The notes: a model not told the origin generated them from the sequence alone. 64,000 bases of DNA from Candidatus Peregrinibacteria bacterium CG10_big_fil_rev_8_21_14_0_10_49_16 (GCA_002772605.1 PFDS01000040.1:14862-78861), one strand, 5' to 3'. Counted from the stretch's first letter, positions 39,388-49,181 are shown. Numbers and translations are program-made.

Positions 39388-40788
39388 ATGTCTCTCTATC
39401 GTAAGTACCGCCCTCAAACCCTCGCAGAAGTTATTGGACAACCACATATTACTGAAACACTGCAGTGTGCAGTGGAACAGGACCGCATTGCGCATGCGTA
39501 CCTCTTTGCCGGTACACGAGGCACAGGAAAGACATCTATCGCACGCATACTTGCAAAGATTCTCCTCATTCGACACATAGAAGATGCCGCAAAAAAAGAA
39601 CACATTCTCACGAGCCTCCGAAACGGAACCATGGTCGACCTGCTGGAAATCGACGCAGCGAGCAACCGCGGTATTGATGACATACGAGACATTATAGAAA
39701 AAATCCAGTTTCCTCCCATTATGGGGAACGCAAAGGTCTACATCATCGATGAAGTGCATATGCTCACCAAGGAAGCGTTCAATGCCCTTCTGAAAACATT
39801 GGAGGAACCTCCATCGCACGCCTACTTCCTGCTTGCAACAACAGAACTTTGGAAAATCCCCGACACCATTCAGTCCCGCTGCCAGCGCTTCGCATTCAAC
39901 AAACTGAAGGAGGAAGATATAATCTCGCAGTTATCGCATATTGCTACCCAGGAAGAGCTCTCTTGTGACGAAACCGCACTCAGGGCAATAGCCGTACATG
40001 CCAATGGCGGCATGCGAGATGCCATCACTCTTCTAGACCAACTGCGGTCAGAAAAACATATTACGGAAGACATGGTGCAAAAGCGTTTAGGGACAGGAGA
40101 GCACACTGACGCACAACACATGGTGGACATTCTCGATACAGGAGACAGTCAAGCCATCATCAATCACATGCACACCATGGAGCAGGCAGCGCGCCCCATG
40201 GAACACCTTCTCCGTGATGTCTTGACGGTGCTACGCAAACAGCTTCATGCAGAAACAGAGCAGGGTAAAGACTCTCACACAACTCTCCAGCGCATAGGTA
40301 CACTGCTCTCCACACTTCGTGCCGTCCGCACATCACCCCTCCCTACACTCACAGTCGAAACGGCGTTTCTGTCGCTCTGCAAAGCACAAGTACACACTTC
40401 TCCACTAACCGCACCTGTGCAACCTGCGCAGAAACAACGTAAACAAGCACAACAAGCAGCACCTATTCAACAATCTAGCATCTGTTCCCTGGCAGAAATT
40501 CAGAAACATTGGGAGCACATAGTACACAAGATTTCTCCTGCCTCTGTACGAATGTCACTCAAAAATGGTCAACTGACCTCCTTGAAAAACAATGTGCTTA
40601 CCATCACCTTTTCCTCAGCATTTCATAAAGAAAAATCCTCTTCTGTAGAGGCAGTACACACTCTTCAAACACTCCTGCAAAACGGGCTCTCCCATCCAAT
40701 ACAAGTGCAATGCATCCTTCAGGAGACCGCTACACCGGATAAAGAAGCCGTAGTGGACCTGGTAGAGGCTGCAACAGAAGTTTTCTAA
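39388..40788 (+). CDS. dnaX: DNA polymerase III subunit gamma/tau
   Basis: LYRKYRP, GTRGTGKT, EIDAAS, DEVHML and SRC motifs. Confidence 0.95.
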   Translation: MSLYRKYRPQTLAEVIGQPHITETLQCAVEQDRIAHAYLFAGTRGTGKTSIARILAKILLIRHIEDAAKKEHILTSLRNGTMVDLLEIDAASNRGIDDIRDIIEKIQFPPIMGNAKVYIIDEVHMLTKEAFNALLKTLEEPPSHAYFLLATTELWKIPDTIQSRCQRFAFNKLKEEDIISQLSHIATQEELSCDETALRAIAVHANGGMRDAITLLDQLRSEKHITEDMVQKRLGTGEHTDAQHMVDILDTGDSQAIINHMHTMEQAARPMEHLLRDVLTVLRKQLHAETEQGKDSHTTLQRIGTLLSTLRAVRTSPLPTLTVETAFLSLCKAQVHTSPLTAPVQPAQKQRKQAQQAAPIQQSSICSLAEIQKHWEHIVHKISPASVRMSLKNGQLTSLKNNVLTITFSSAFHKEKSSSVEAVHTLQTLLQNGLSHPIQVQCILQETATPDKEAVVDLVEAATEVF

Positions 40789-40793
40789 ACCAT

Positions 40794-41312
40794 ATGTGTC
40801 ACACTGAGCCGGTAAAAGTGCAAGAACAAAAATCACGGTTGCGCCAACGCATGCAAAACCGTATTCAACGTATGACACGGGAAGAATACACACAGGAAAG
40901 CCTCTCTGTCTGTGAACAACTTCGATGCCTTCTTCCACAACATGCGTGTGCCATTGCCGCATTTACTCCCTTCTCTACAGAGCCAGATATCACGCCGCTG
41001 CTTCACGAACTTCAGCAACAACACTTCACCGTATACTTTCCGCAGTGGAACAACGGCGATCTACGGTTTTCCGCAGGAGACAAACCATTGAATCCACAGC
41101 TCCTGACGCATGCTCTCGTTCCCGGACGTGCATTTGATGCAAGCAATAGGCGTCTCGGTCGCGGACAGGGGCACTACGATCGATGGATACGAAAACAACG
41201 GTTGGCAAACCCACAGACACAATTCATCGGCATCGCCTTCTCTTGCCAGATTCTTTCAGAAGTTCCCTGTGAAGACCATGACCAAATCATTGATCGAGTG
41301 ATTCATGGTTGA
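40794..41312 (+). CDS. 5-formyltetrahydrofolate cyclo-ligase
   Basis: KSRLR, VPGRAFD and RLGRGQGHYDR motifs; true start may be GTG 40818. Confidence 0.9.
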   Translation: MCHTEPVKVQEQKSRLRQRMQNRIQRMTREEYTQESLSVCEQLRCLLPQHACAIAAFTPFSTEPDITPLLHELQQQHFTVYFPQWNNGDLRFSAGDKPLNPQLLTHALVPGRAFDASNRRLGRGQGHYDRWIRKQRLANPQTQFIGIAFSCQILSEVPCEDHDQIIDRVIHG

Positions 41313-41342
41313 TCTTCTTGCACACTCCTCTACGCTCCCACT

Positions 41343-42689
41343 ATGATTCCGGATACAACAGTCAATCCACTGTCACCCGCGGGCACACGATTCTCCGCAC
41401 TCACACGTACAGACCCCGATGTACTGGCAACTATTCTTGGCGAAGAACGGCGAGAAAGAGAAGGTGTGGAACTCATAGCATCGGAAAACTATGTCTCTGG
41501 GGCAGTTTTGGAGGCATTAGGCAGCGTTTTCACGAATAAATACTCAGAAGGATACCCTGGAAAACGGTACTACGGCGGACAGGAATTTACCGATGCAGTA
41601 GAAACACTTGCCATTGCACGCGCAAAAACGCTGTTTGATTGCGACCATGCAAACGTACAACCTTCATCCGGTGCAGGTGCAAATATTGCGGTGTATCACG
41701 CATGGTTGGAACCAGGAGATACCGTTCTTGGTATGGATCTCACACATGGCGGACACCTCACACATGGCGCTCCCGTAACCCATATGGCTAAACTCTTCAA
41801 TTTCGTGCGGTATAAAATGAAGGACATTGAAACTGGAGAAATTGACTACGATGCATTAAGAGAGATGGCAAAACAGCAAAAACCCAAAATCATCCTTGCA
41901 GGATTTTCCGCGTACCCCCGAGAACTGAACTACCGTGCATTCAAGGAAATTGCTGATGAGGTAGGCGCTATTGCCATGGCAGACATGGCACATATTTCAG
42001 GGTTGATTGCGGCAGGCGTTGCCCATAATCCCTTTGATGACGGATTCAATATTATGACTACAACAACACACAAAACCCTGCGCGGTCCGCGAGGCGCAAT
42101 GATTCTCTCCAAAGGAACCGTAGGAAATCCACTGAAAGCCCCGGAAAAAACAATCGATAATCTCCCAACACTCATTGACCGCAGCGTGTTTCCAGGACTC
42201 CAAGGCGGACCACACATGCACCAAACGGCCGCAATTGCCGTGGCACTGGGTGAGGCAATGAAACCCGAATTTCGGGAGTACGGAAAACAAGTACTCAAGA
42301 ATGCAAAACATCTGGCTGCTTTCCTCATGAACAATGGGTGCAAGCTCGTCACAAATGGTACGGATAATCACCTCATGGTGCTTGACTGCATCCAATCATT
42401 TGGTCTTGATGGCAAAGAGGTGGAACACATCCTGGATTTTGTAGGCATCACCACCAGCAAGAGCACAATACCGGATGATCCCAACCCCCCATTCAAACCA
42501 TCAGGTCTTCGTCTGGGAACTCCTGCCGTCACTACGCGCGGCATGAAAGAGAAGGACATGGAAATTCTCGGCATGTTTATGCTCCAAGCCATCACTCATA
42601 AAGCAGACGAGACGCACCGGCTAAAAATACAAGAAGAAGTAAAAACTTTCTGTAGTCAATTCCCAGTCCCGGGAATTACCGGCCGATAG
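41343..42689 (+). CDS. glyA: serine hydroxymethyltransferase
   Basis: LIASEN, EGYPGKRYY, GGHLTHG and TTTHKTLRGPRG motifs. Confidence 0.97.
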   Translation: MIPDTTVNPLSPAGTRFSALTRTDPDVLATILGEERREREGVELIASENYVSGAVLEALGSVFTNKYSEGYPGKRYYGGQEFTDAVETLAIARAKTLFDCDHANVQPSSGAGANIAVYHAWLEPGDTVLGMDLTHGGHLTHGAPVTHMAKLFNFVRYKMKDIETGEIDYDALREMAKQQKPKIILAGFSAYPRELNYRAFKEIADEVGAIAMADMAHISGLIAAGVAHNPFDDGFNIMTTTTHKTLRGPRGAMILSKGTVGNPLKAPEKTIDNLPTLIDRSVFPGLQGGPHMHQTAAIAVALGEAMKPEFREYGKQVLKNAKHLAAFLMNNGCKLVTNGTDNHLMVLDCIQSFGLDGKEVEHILDFVGITTSKSTIPDDPNPPFKPSGLRLGTPAVTTRGMKEKDMEILGMFMLQAITHKADETHRLKIQEEVKTFCSQFPVPGITGR

Positions 42690-42768
42690 AAGACAGCAAG
42701 AGAAAGCCACGTATCGAACAAAAATTGTATCCAAACAATATTCGCTATAAGAAGGCAATGGGAAGATG

Positions 42769-42797
42769 TTGCACAAAAAAAATGCACAGACTACGAT
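42769..42797 (+). promoter_or_regulatory. sigma70-like promoter for the putative ncRNA
   Basis: TTGCAC-17 nt-TACGAT. Confidence 0.6.
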
Positions 42798-42800
42798 GAC

Positions 42801-43385
42801 ATGATTTATTTGATCGAAGAGTCGTTCAAATGAATCATTGATCCTTAAGCGCCTGCGACTTAGCGCCCACAAAACAAACACACACATGCCAGTCCCTATG
42901 GACTGGCACCCTCCGGACCCAGACCACTCTGGTCTGGGTCCAAACCTTTCGCTCCTTCCCATCATCAACATTCAAACAGAGAGAAGACTGGTCATGCGTG
43001 CTGATGCACTCGTTCTTCCCGGCCGATCTTCTGCGTCTCTTCCGCCAATACTGGGTACAAGAAACGTGTTTGTAGGGTGCTGCGTGACCACTCTTCTCTC
43101 TGCTCTGCGATGCTACGTACCATACATATTGCCTTGAGGATGCAGTACGGTACGCACAAATACTTCCCAGTGTTCCCCATGGCCTTTAAGTAGCCTTGTT
43201 CGGTGAACCGGTACGGGAACTTCGCCCGGTCACGAGGAGAAACAAGCGACCAGAGCACTGCAGAGAGAGGAGGAATCCTCACCTCAATTTCCTTCGCTTT
43301 AGCGGCTCAGTAGCCCATAGCGCTACCGATAGCCTGAAGGAAATCAACACACATACAAAAAGGCCCCGTAAGAGGCCTTTTTGTT
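42801..43385 (+). ncRNA. putative large structured non-coding RNA, family not recognised
   Basis: At least 8 helices separated by A/C-rich linkers, between a promoter and a terminator; no convincing ORF. Confidence 0.6.
43355..43384. terminator. bidirectional intrinsic terminator
   Basis: ACAAAAAGGCC-ccgtaaga-GGCCTTTTTGT. Confidence 0.8.
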
Positions 43386-43398
43386 ATAAAGAAAATTT

Positions 43399-44874
43399 TT
43401 ATAGCGTTTCCTGTAGCCTCTTTAAGAAAGCAATCTTGCGCTGCAAAAAGTGGTATTTCGCTGTATTCCAGTATCCCGCCATTTCAGCCGTCATTTCGCT
43501 TGCATAACCAAGTGCTTCATAGACTCCCGGAGCTGCAGCTGCCAGTAAGAGTTGTCCTTCACAGTTTTGTAGTATTTCACTAACCTTCTGCTTATACATT
43601 GCCAAAAATCGTTCTTGAGCAGATGCTACTTTTTCATCAGAAAAAACTCCTGCTTCCTCCGCACGCTTCAAAAGCCTTTTAAACGCTGGAACACGATCTT
43701 CAGCATTACCAGGCACGACATTCATGATAGCAACATCAGGATCGCCTTTTCCTAATCCTCGTACAAATTCAGAAAATGCTGTGGCAGCAGATGCTTGTTG
43801 TAATGCTTCTTTTCGGCATGTTTCGCGAATTTCCTCTGAGATATTCCCAGATGAGTCTAATGTAAATAGCACCTCCGTATAGTTTTCGATATTGGTCATC
43901 ATTGTGCTTTCCTTGCCTTCAATACTTTCCTCCAATGTTTTATTCATCATTGCCAAATTGTACTTCACCCAGGACTCGCCCCATCCAGAACTATTATGAC
44001 CAAACTGTCCTTGGATAGCATCACTGAGATGTACAACAACAGCCGCGGAGTCATCCGGAAGACGAACCATGTAGTAGTCCGGCTCAGCACCAAAGGCACG
44101 AAAAGCACCTAACCGTGCCATCTTCTCTGGAAACTCTCCTCGACCATGTCCGGCAGCTGTCCCAGCGATAACTTCTGCATACCCTTCAGGAAGGGTAATA
44201 CTCTGATTCCCTATTTTTATATCAGAAAAAATAGAAGTATTGCCAAGCTCGGCCGCTGTACGTGCGCTTAGTACTTCATGGTTAAATAAAGAAAAAAAGT
44301 TATCGCCTTTATCTATACCAAAAGAACGTAAATTACCCTCACTGTCTGCTCGACGTGCATACTTCGCCATATCATGCACTGCTGCAGCAAGAATTGTGCG
44401 TAATTTATCGGACTTTGATAAATTCGTACCCTGTACAAGTTTCATCGCTAAACCAATAACTTCCTTATGATGCTTTATTTCTGTCTCCAAACGAGCAGGA
44501 GAAAAGGCTGCTGGATCGTTTTTACGCATGAGAGCTTCTGATACACCAAGAATACGAGCGGTCAATTCATTCACTAATGTATCGAAGTCCTCATCGCTCA
44601 ACTCATCAATTTGAGCTTCAGCACGAGCAATATCGACACGCTCGTTTCTTGTTGCTACAGCATCTGCATACCTATTCACCAATCCTGCCATTGCTGAACG
44701 ATCTTTTTCAAACTCCGTTTGTGCAACTCCGTCTATCTGGTCTACCACAGACTCACAGAGCTTTTTCCGTTCTGCACTAAGTGCATGTATCTGCTCCACT
44801 CGCAGAAAAGCATCTTCTGGCACAGGTACTCTTTGTGAGTCCAAGTTATCAAATTCCCTATTTTCAATATCCAT
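43399..44874 (-). CDS. HD-domain protein of unknown function
   Basis: HHKEV, AAAVHDMAK, NHE, GH and HLSDA metal-ligand pattern. Confidence 0.7.
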   Translation of the reverse strand: MDIENREFDNLDSQRVPVPEDAFLRVEQIHALSAERKKLCESVVDQIDGVAQTEFEKDRSAMAGLVNRYADAVATRNERVDIARAEAQIDELSDEDFDTLVNELTARILGVSEALMRKNDPAAFSPARLETEIKHHKEVIGLAMKLVQGTNLSKSDKLRTILAAAVHDMAKYARRADSEGNLRSFGIDKGDNFFSLFNHEVLSARTAAELGNTSIFSDIKIGNQSITLPEGYAEVIAGTAAGHGRGEFPEKMARLGAFRAFGAEPDYYMVRLPDDSAAVVVHLSDAIQGQFGHNSSGWGESWVKYNLAMMNKTLEESIEGKESTMMTNIENYTEVLFTLDSSGNISEEIRETCRKEALQQASAATAFSEFVRGLGKGDPDVAIMNVVPGNAEDRVPAFKRLLKRAEEAGVFSDEKVASAQERFLAMYKQKVSEILQNCEGQLLLAAAAPGVYEALGYASEMTAEMAGYWNTAKYHFLQRKIAFLKRLQETL

Positions 44875-44946
44875 AAGCAAAATTGGTATCTCTGTAAAAG
44901 CTCCTTCCAGTATAGCAAATAATGATTTTGCTGTACACTGCGCCTC

Positions 44947-45321
44947 ATGCGATCTGCAGTAGCTAGTTTTAATCATGCATGGCAGGGCATCTGTCACGCA
45001 CTTGCCACCGAACGTAATTTACAACTGTTCTTAGGTACATACATCCTCATCCTCATTCTGGGATACATGGTCACACTCCAATCCTGGGAATGGACTGCAC
45101 TCATGCTCTCCGGAGGAGGGTTTCTTGTAACAGAACTCCTGAACACTGCATTGGAAAGACTCGTTGATGCCGTCGATGACATTCGCAGAAAAGAAGACAT
45201 CACGCTTCCCCGCCACGCCAAACTCAAAGCAACTAAAGATGTCGCTTCCAGTGCATCTCTCGTGGCATTGGGGATAACAGGAATAGTGATTTTGATGATA
45301 TTTGTGCCAAGGATGTTCTAG
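44947..45321 (+). CDS. dgkA: diacylglycerol/undecaprenol kinase family protein
   Basis: ERN, ELLNTALE.LVD and KD motifs; three TM helices. Confidence 0.9.
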   Translation: MRSAVASFNHAWQGICHALATERNLQLFLGTYILILILGYMVTLQSWEWTALMLSGGGFLVTELLNTALERLVDAVDDIRRKEDITLPRHAKLKATKDVASSASLVALGITGIVILMIFVPRMF

Positions 45322-45364
45322 AGAAGCTCTGAAAAACGGCCATCCATTCGTGGCAAACCGTTTT

Positions 45365-45445
45365 GTGTCATGGTGAGGTGCCCTGAAACGTAGTGGAAGG
45401 GCCACGAATCCATACACAAAACGTTTTGCACCTCAGGATGACACG
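45365..45445. repeat. REP-like inverted element (GTGTCAT..TGAG / CTCAGGATGACAC)
   Basis: Terminal inverted repeat gtgtcatggtgagg...cctcaggatgacac between convergent genes. Confidence 0.6.
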
Positions 45446-45458
45446 TTTCAGAGCTTCC

Positions 45459-48176
45459 CTATGCTGCCCCCTTCCCTTTCTCCCTATCCTCCTTCGCCTG
45501 CAACATGGACTTACTGGGTGGTGGAACACCGCAGGTCTTTTTTAGTTTTTCCTCGAGATCTTTCATCTGTTGCCTTTCGTCATCCGTCAGTGCCTCACCT
45601 AAAAACTCCTTCTTACGCAGCGCATTGAATTCATTCTTCCACATCTCCTGGTCACGCCACTTGCGATAGTCCTCAAGGGACATCTTTTTCGCACGCGCCT
45701 TTTTCTTCTCCTCTTCTTCTTTCTCTGCCTGCTTAGCCTGGTACTTCGTATTCTTTGCAGCCACCACAGCACTCGATAACCACTGCGAAATTTTCTCCTC
45801 TACGATTTCACGTTTTTCGGAGTACCGCTCACGAGAAAGAAGACGAATCTTCTCTGTGCGATCTTCGCTCTTCTGAAAATTCGGCGGAGGCAGTGTGCTC
45901 ACGGAAAACGGCTTACTCGGAAAACCGTCAATCAGTAACCGCATGTAGACGTGATACTTCGGTAAGCTGAGAATATCCTTTGGTGTCACCATTTCTTCAA
46001 ACTGTAAACTCATCACTTCGGCATCATCCGACCCAACTTGAAAACTCAGCAGTGTTCCCACGTTCCCAAACACCGCATCACGCAGCGTGGTATTACGGTC
46101 TCCGAGAAGGAGTTGCGTCACGTATTGGTTCGCCATAGTGAGGCTCAAACGATATTTTCGTGCCTCACTGAGAATAGTGGCAAAGGACTCAGTGGCAAAG
46201 TTCTGAAACTCATCCACAAAGAGGAAGAAATCACGACGATCCTTTTCGGGAATATCCGCACGACTCATGGCGTCAATCTGGAATTTCGTCACGAGCATGG
46301 AACCGAGAAACGCTGCCGTGTCTTCTCCGATTTTTCCTTTACTCAAGTTCACCAACACAATCTTCCCCGTATCCATCGCATGACGCAGATCAAGCCGCGA
46401 ACGCACCTGCCCGATAATATTGCGCATGAGCGGACTGGAAAGGAGCTGACCAATCTTATTCTGAATCGCAGCCGTTGCTTCCACCTGGTACTTCTCCGTC
46501 CAGCTGGCAAACTCCGCCTCCCAGAAACTCTTCACGGTGGGATCCGTCACTTTCGCAACAATTTTCGCACGGTACGCCGCATCACTGAACATGCGAGGAA
46601 TGCCCAACATGGACGCATCGCCTGCTTCAACAAGCGCAAGCAGCGTATTGCGCAAAATGTGCTCCATGCGTCCGCTCCACACATCAGGCCAAATCTTGGT
46701 AAATACACTCATGAGCCCAGACACAATCAATGATCGCTGTTCCGGAATATGACACTCCAATACATTGAACGACAACGGAAAATTTCGATCGGATGGATCG
46801 AAGAGAATCACATCATTCATCCGCCGTTTTGGTATAAGTTGCAAAATGGAATCAATGAGATCTCCATGAGGATCAATCACACCCACTCCTCTTCCTGCAA
46901 AGATATCACTGAAAATCATGTTCTCCAAAAACACCGATTTACCCATACCTGTTTTACCGATCATATACACATGACGCCGTCTATCTTCCCTTTGAATGCC
47001 AAAACGAATGCGTTTACCTCGGTAGACCGCCTCACCAAGTGTTGTAAGTTCCGTGTCGTTCTGTTTTGTAATGAGCGGAAGGTTGATAGGAGGTTCCAAC
47101 TTCTTGCTGGAAACACGATCGAAGTTCGGCGTCTGCACGAGTGCTGTCGGTATGTGCCAAATCGTTGCCACCTCCTCAGAGGAAAGCACATACGAACTCT
47201 TCATCGAAGAGGGTAACTGCGGCAGTACACGAGAACGCAAGAGAATAAATCCATTGCAATGAGGCAGTGTAAACTGCTGAAAACTGCTCGCAATTTCCTG
47301 CACCTTCACTTCAGCATCGACACAATGCTGCTTCGGAGTAATAACATTAATATGCACACTCGACCGAAAGAGAAGACGATTCACCTTATCGACAGCCGCA
47401 GTAGTGCTATCTTCACGATCATGGCCGCGAGTGTTAATTTGTGATGTCAGCTCAATGCCTTCTTCGGAAAAAACCGGCTCTCCTTCCTGTGGAGGAGTGG
47501 CAATCTGTGAAATGGGCGCAAGCCATACGCGAAAACCTCCAAAGAACATATGAAACGGAAGATAGAGAAGCCACGTGAATCCTCGCGAGAGAGAGGCCCG
47601 CGTGAGAAGTTTTGCATACCTGTTGGAGTACTTGGAAAGACCTTTACTCAAGAACGGAATGAGTTTTAGTGCTCGGCGACGGTACGACCCGCTCACAGGA
47701 CGAAGCAGGACCTGCACGTGTCCACGCATACCCTCTTGAGGGTACTGCACAAGCGCAGACGTAATCCCGGCAATCGTGTCGACGTTTTGACGACTCGAGA
47801 CATCAGCGAATTGGCTGTAGCGTTTAATAGGGAACACTTCCGGTGCCGCAAGGCACAAATCAGCAGACACAACTTTCTCTCCTTCAGACACGGCAAACGT
47901 CTCCAGAGGGACTTCTTCAATTTCCGCATCAGGATACTGTCCGTAGAACTGGCTTTGGAGAAGTGCAGCCGTCCTCCTGCTGACACGTGCATACAACCCC
48001 ACCTTCCCATGAGCAAAGCCAATTTCAAGTGATACGTCAGAATCCGCGCCACGCAGTGCATGAATCGCAGACAGAACAGATTCCATCATAAGGGGTCCAC
48101 GCGCAGTCGTACTCTCTTCCGGATCAGGCATCGGAGGACGAATAAGGAGCAGTACTGTTTCAGTAGACGGTTTCAT
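45459..48176 (-). CDS. VirD4/TraG/HerA-like ATPase (T4SS DNA-binding-domain protein of CPR type)
   Basis: RRRHVYMIGKTGMGKS, IDPHGD, DEFQNF and SEARKY motifs; ATGA overlap with the hrcA stop. Confidence 0.88.
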   Translation of the reverse strand: MKPSTETVLLLIRPPMPDPEESTTARGPLMMESVLSAIHALRGADSDVSLEIGFAHGKVGLYARVSRRTAALLQSQFYGQYPDAEIEEVPLETFAVSEGEKVVSADLCLAAPEVFPIKRYSQFADVSSRQNVDTIAGITSALVQYPQEGMRGHVQVLLRPVSGSYRRRALKLIPFLSKGLSKYSNRYAKLLTRASLSRGFTWLLYLPFHMFFGGFRVWLAPISQIATPPQEGEPVFSEEGIELTSQINTRGHDREDSTTAAVDKVNRLLFRSSVHINVITPKQHCVDAEVKVQEIASSFQQFTLPHCNGFILLRSRVLPQLPSSMKSSYVLSSEEVATIWHIPTALVQTPNFDRVSSKKLEPPINLPLITKQNDTELTTLGEAVYRGKRIRFGIQREDRRRHVYMIGKTGMGKSVFLENMIFSDIFAGRGVGVIDPHGDLIDSILQLIPKRRMNDVILFDPSDRNFPLSFNVLECHIPEQRSLIVSGLMSVFTKIWPDVWSGRMEHILRNTLLALVEAGDASMLGIPRMFSDAAYRAKIVAKVTDPTVKSFWEAEFASWTEKYQVEATAAIQNKIGQLLSSPLMRNIIGQVRSRLDLRHAMDTGKIVLVNLSKGKIGEDTAAFLGSMLVTKFQIDAMSRADIPEKDRRDFFLFVDEFQNFATESFATILSEARKYRLSLTMANQYVTQLLLGDRNTTLRDAVFGNVGTLLSFQVGSDDAEVMSLQFEEMVTPKDILSLPKYHVYMRLLIDGFPSKPFSVSTLPPPNFQKSEDRTEKIRLLSRERYSEKREIVEEKISQWLSSAVVAAKNTKYQAKQAEKEEEEKKKARAKKMSLEDYRKWRDQEMWKNEFNALRKKEFLGEALTDDERQQMKDLEEKLKKTCGVPPPSKSMLQAKEDREKGKGAA

Positions 48177-48883
48177 GCAGAACACAGTAGATCAGATACG
48201 CACTCCAAAGCCACGGTGTTATATGCATAATCCATACGCATGGGACCAACAATACCTAAAGCCCCACGGTGACCACGCATACTGTACTGCGTCACAATTA
48301 TGCTACAACTCTGCATTTGCGGTAACAGGTGCTCTTCTCCAATGTAGTATCGTACCTGTCTATCAACATTCACGGTCTGCAGTAAGTCAACGAGCCTGCC
48401 CTCCAATACTTCCACAACACCCGACGCAAGTGATTGGTCCGCAAGAAACTCCGGTAACCGCAAAGTATTGGCAAGACCCAGGTAGTGTACATGATGCTTA
48501 TGCGGAACCGTGGCAAATGCGATATTGGGAATCATATTGGAGAGAAGGGCCACCGCCTCGTAGACACGTTCCTGATCTTTACGTTGAAAGTATTGCTCTC
48601 GCAGAACATCGAAACGCTTGCGCACAATGCGTTCCTGTTGAGACGGTTCCATGAACTCCTTCACATATGCCCGATACCCTTTCGCTGTCGGAACACGTCC
48701 TGCGGAAATATGCGGCTGCATCAAAAATCCCTCATCTTCCAAATGGGCCATCTCATGACGAATGGTTGCCGGCGACACAATAAATGCCCCGCTCTCCAAA
48801 AGGCTTTTCGAACCTACAGGCAGTGCTGTGTGAATAAACTGGTCAATAATGGCAATGAGAAGCTTGCTTTGCCGTACATTCAT
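48173..48883 (-). CDS. hrcA: heat-inducible transcription repressor HrcA (short form)
   Basis: PVGSK, SPATIRHEM, PHISAGRVPT..GYR.YV and GPMRMDY motifs. Confidence 0.93.
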   Translation of the reverse strand: MNVRQSKLLIAIIDQFIHTALPVGSKSLLESGAFIVSPATIRHEMAHLEDEGFLMQPHISAGRVPTAKGYRAYVKEFMEPSQQERIVRKRFDVLREQYFQRKDQERVYEAVALLSNMIPNIAFATVPHKHHVHYLGLANTLRLPEFLADQSLASGVVEVLEGRLVDLLQTVNVDRQVRYYIGEEHLLPQMQSCSIIVTQYSMRGHRGALGIVGPMRMDYAYNTVALECVSDLLCSA

Positions 48884-48893
48884 ATAGAGTAGT

Positions 48894-48920
48894 ATAGCAC
48901 TCAAATAGTGCGAGTGCTAG
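48894..48920 (-). promoter_or_regulatory. CIRCE operator upstream of hrcA, overlapping the -10 box
   Basis: Minus strand CTAGCACTC-N9-GAGTGCTAT, running into TATACT 7 nt before the ATG. Confidence 0.9.
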
Positions 48921-48930
48921 CTCCATTCCC

Positions 48931-49143
48931 CTACGTTCCCTTCTTTTCAGCTCTCTTACGAAAGCGCTCAATACGACCACCCTTCCGCTCCTGCTGCTGC
49001 TTCCCTGTGTAGACGGGATGGCAACTGGAACAGGTTTCTACAGTCTGCTCTTTTACCGTACTGGGAATCGCCATAGTGGCTCCACATGTCGTACACGTGG
49101 TTTTCGCATCTTTGTGCATTGTGGGGTGGCAATCAGCCTTCAT
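48931..49143 (-). CDS. rpmE: 50S ribosomal protein L31
   Basis: MK..CHP, CTTCG, CSSCHPVYTGKQ and GRIERF motifs. Confidence 0.93.
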   Translation of the reverse strand: MKADCHPTMHKDAKTTCTTCGATMAIPSTVKEQTVETCSSCHPVYTGKQQQERKGGRIERFRKRAEKKGT

Positions 49144-49181
49144 AGGAATGAAGTATAGAACATAAACACCAGAAAAATCAA

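Noticed and set aside
42838..43282. ORFs 42838-43137 (+), 42621-42971 (-) and 42992-43282 (-) as proteins
   Set aside because: No SD, no motifs, mutually overlapping; the sequence is better explained by RNA helices.
42801..43385. Identification as RNase P RNA, tmRNA, SRP RNA or a self-splicing intron
   Set aside because: I could not find their hallmark sequences on either strand by eye; an Rfam search is still needed.
2790..48176. Integrative conjugative element or prophage
   Set aside because: T4SS-like genes are dispersed among housekeeping genes; no relaxase, integrase, att pair or phage structural genes.
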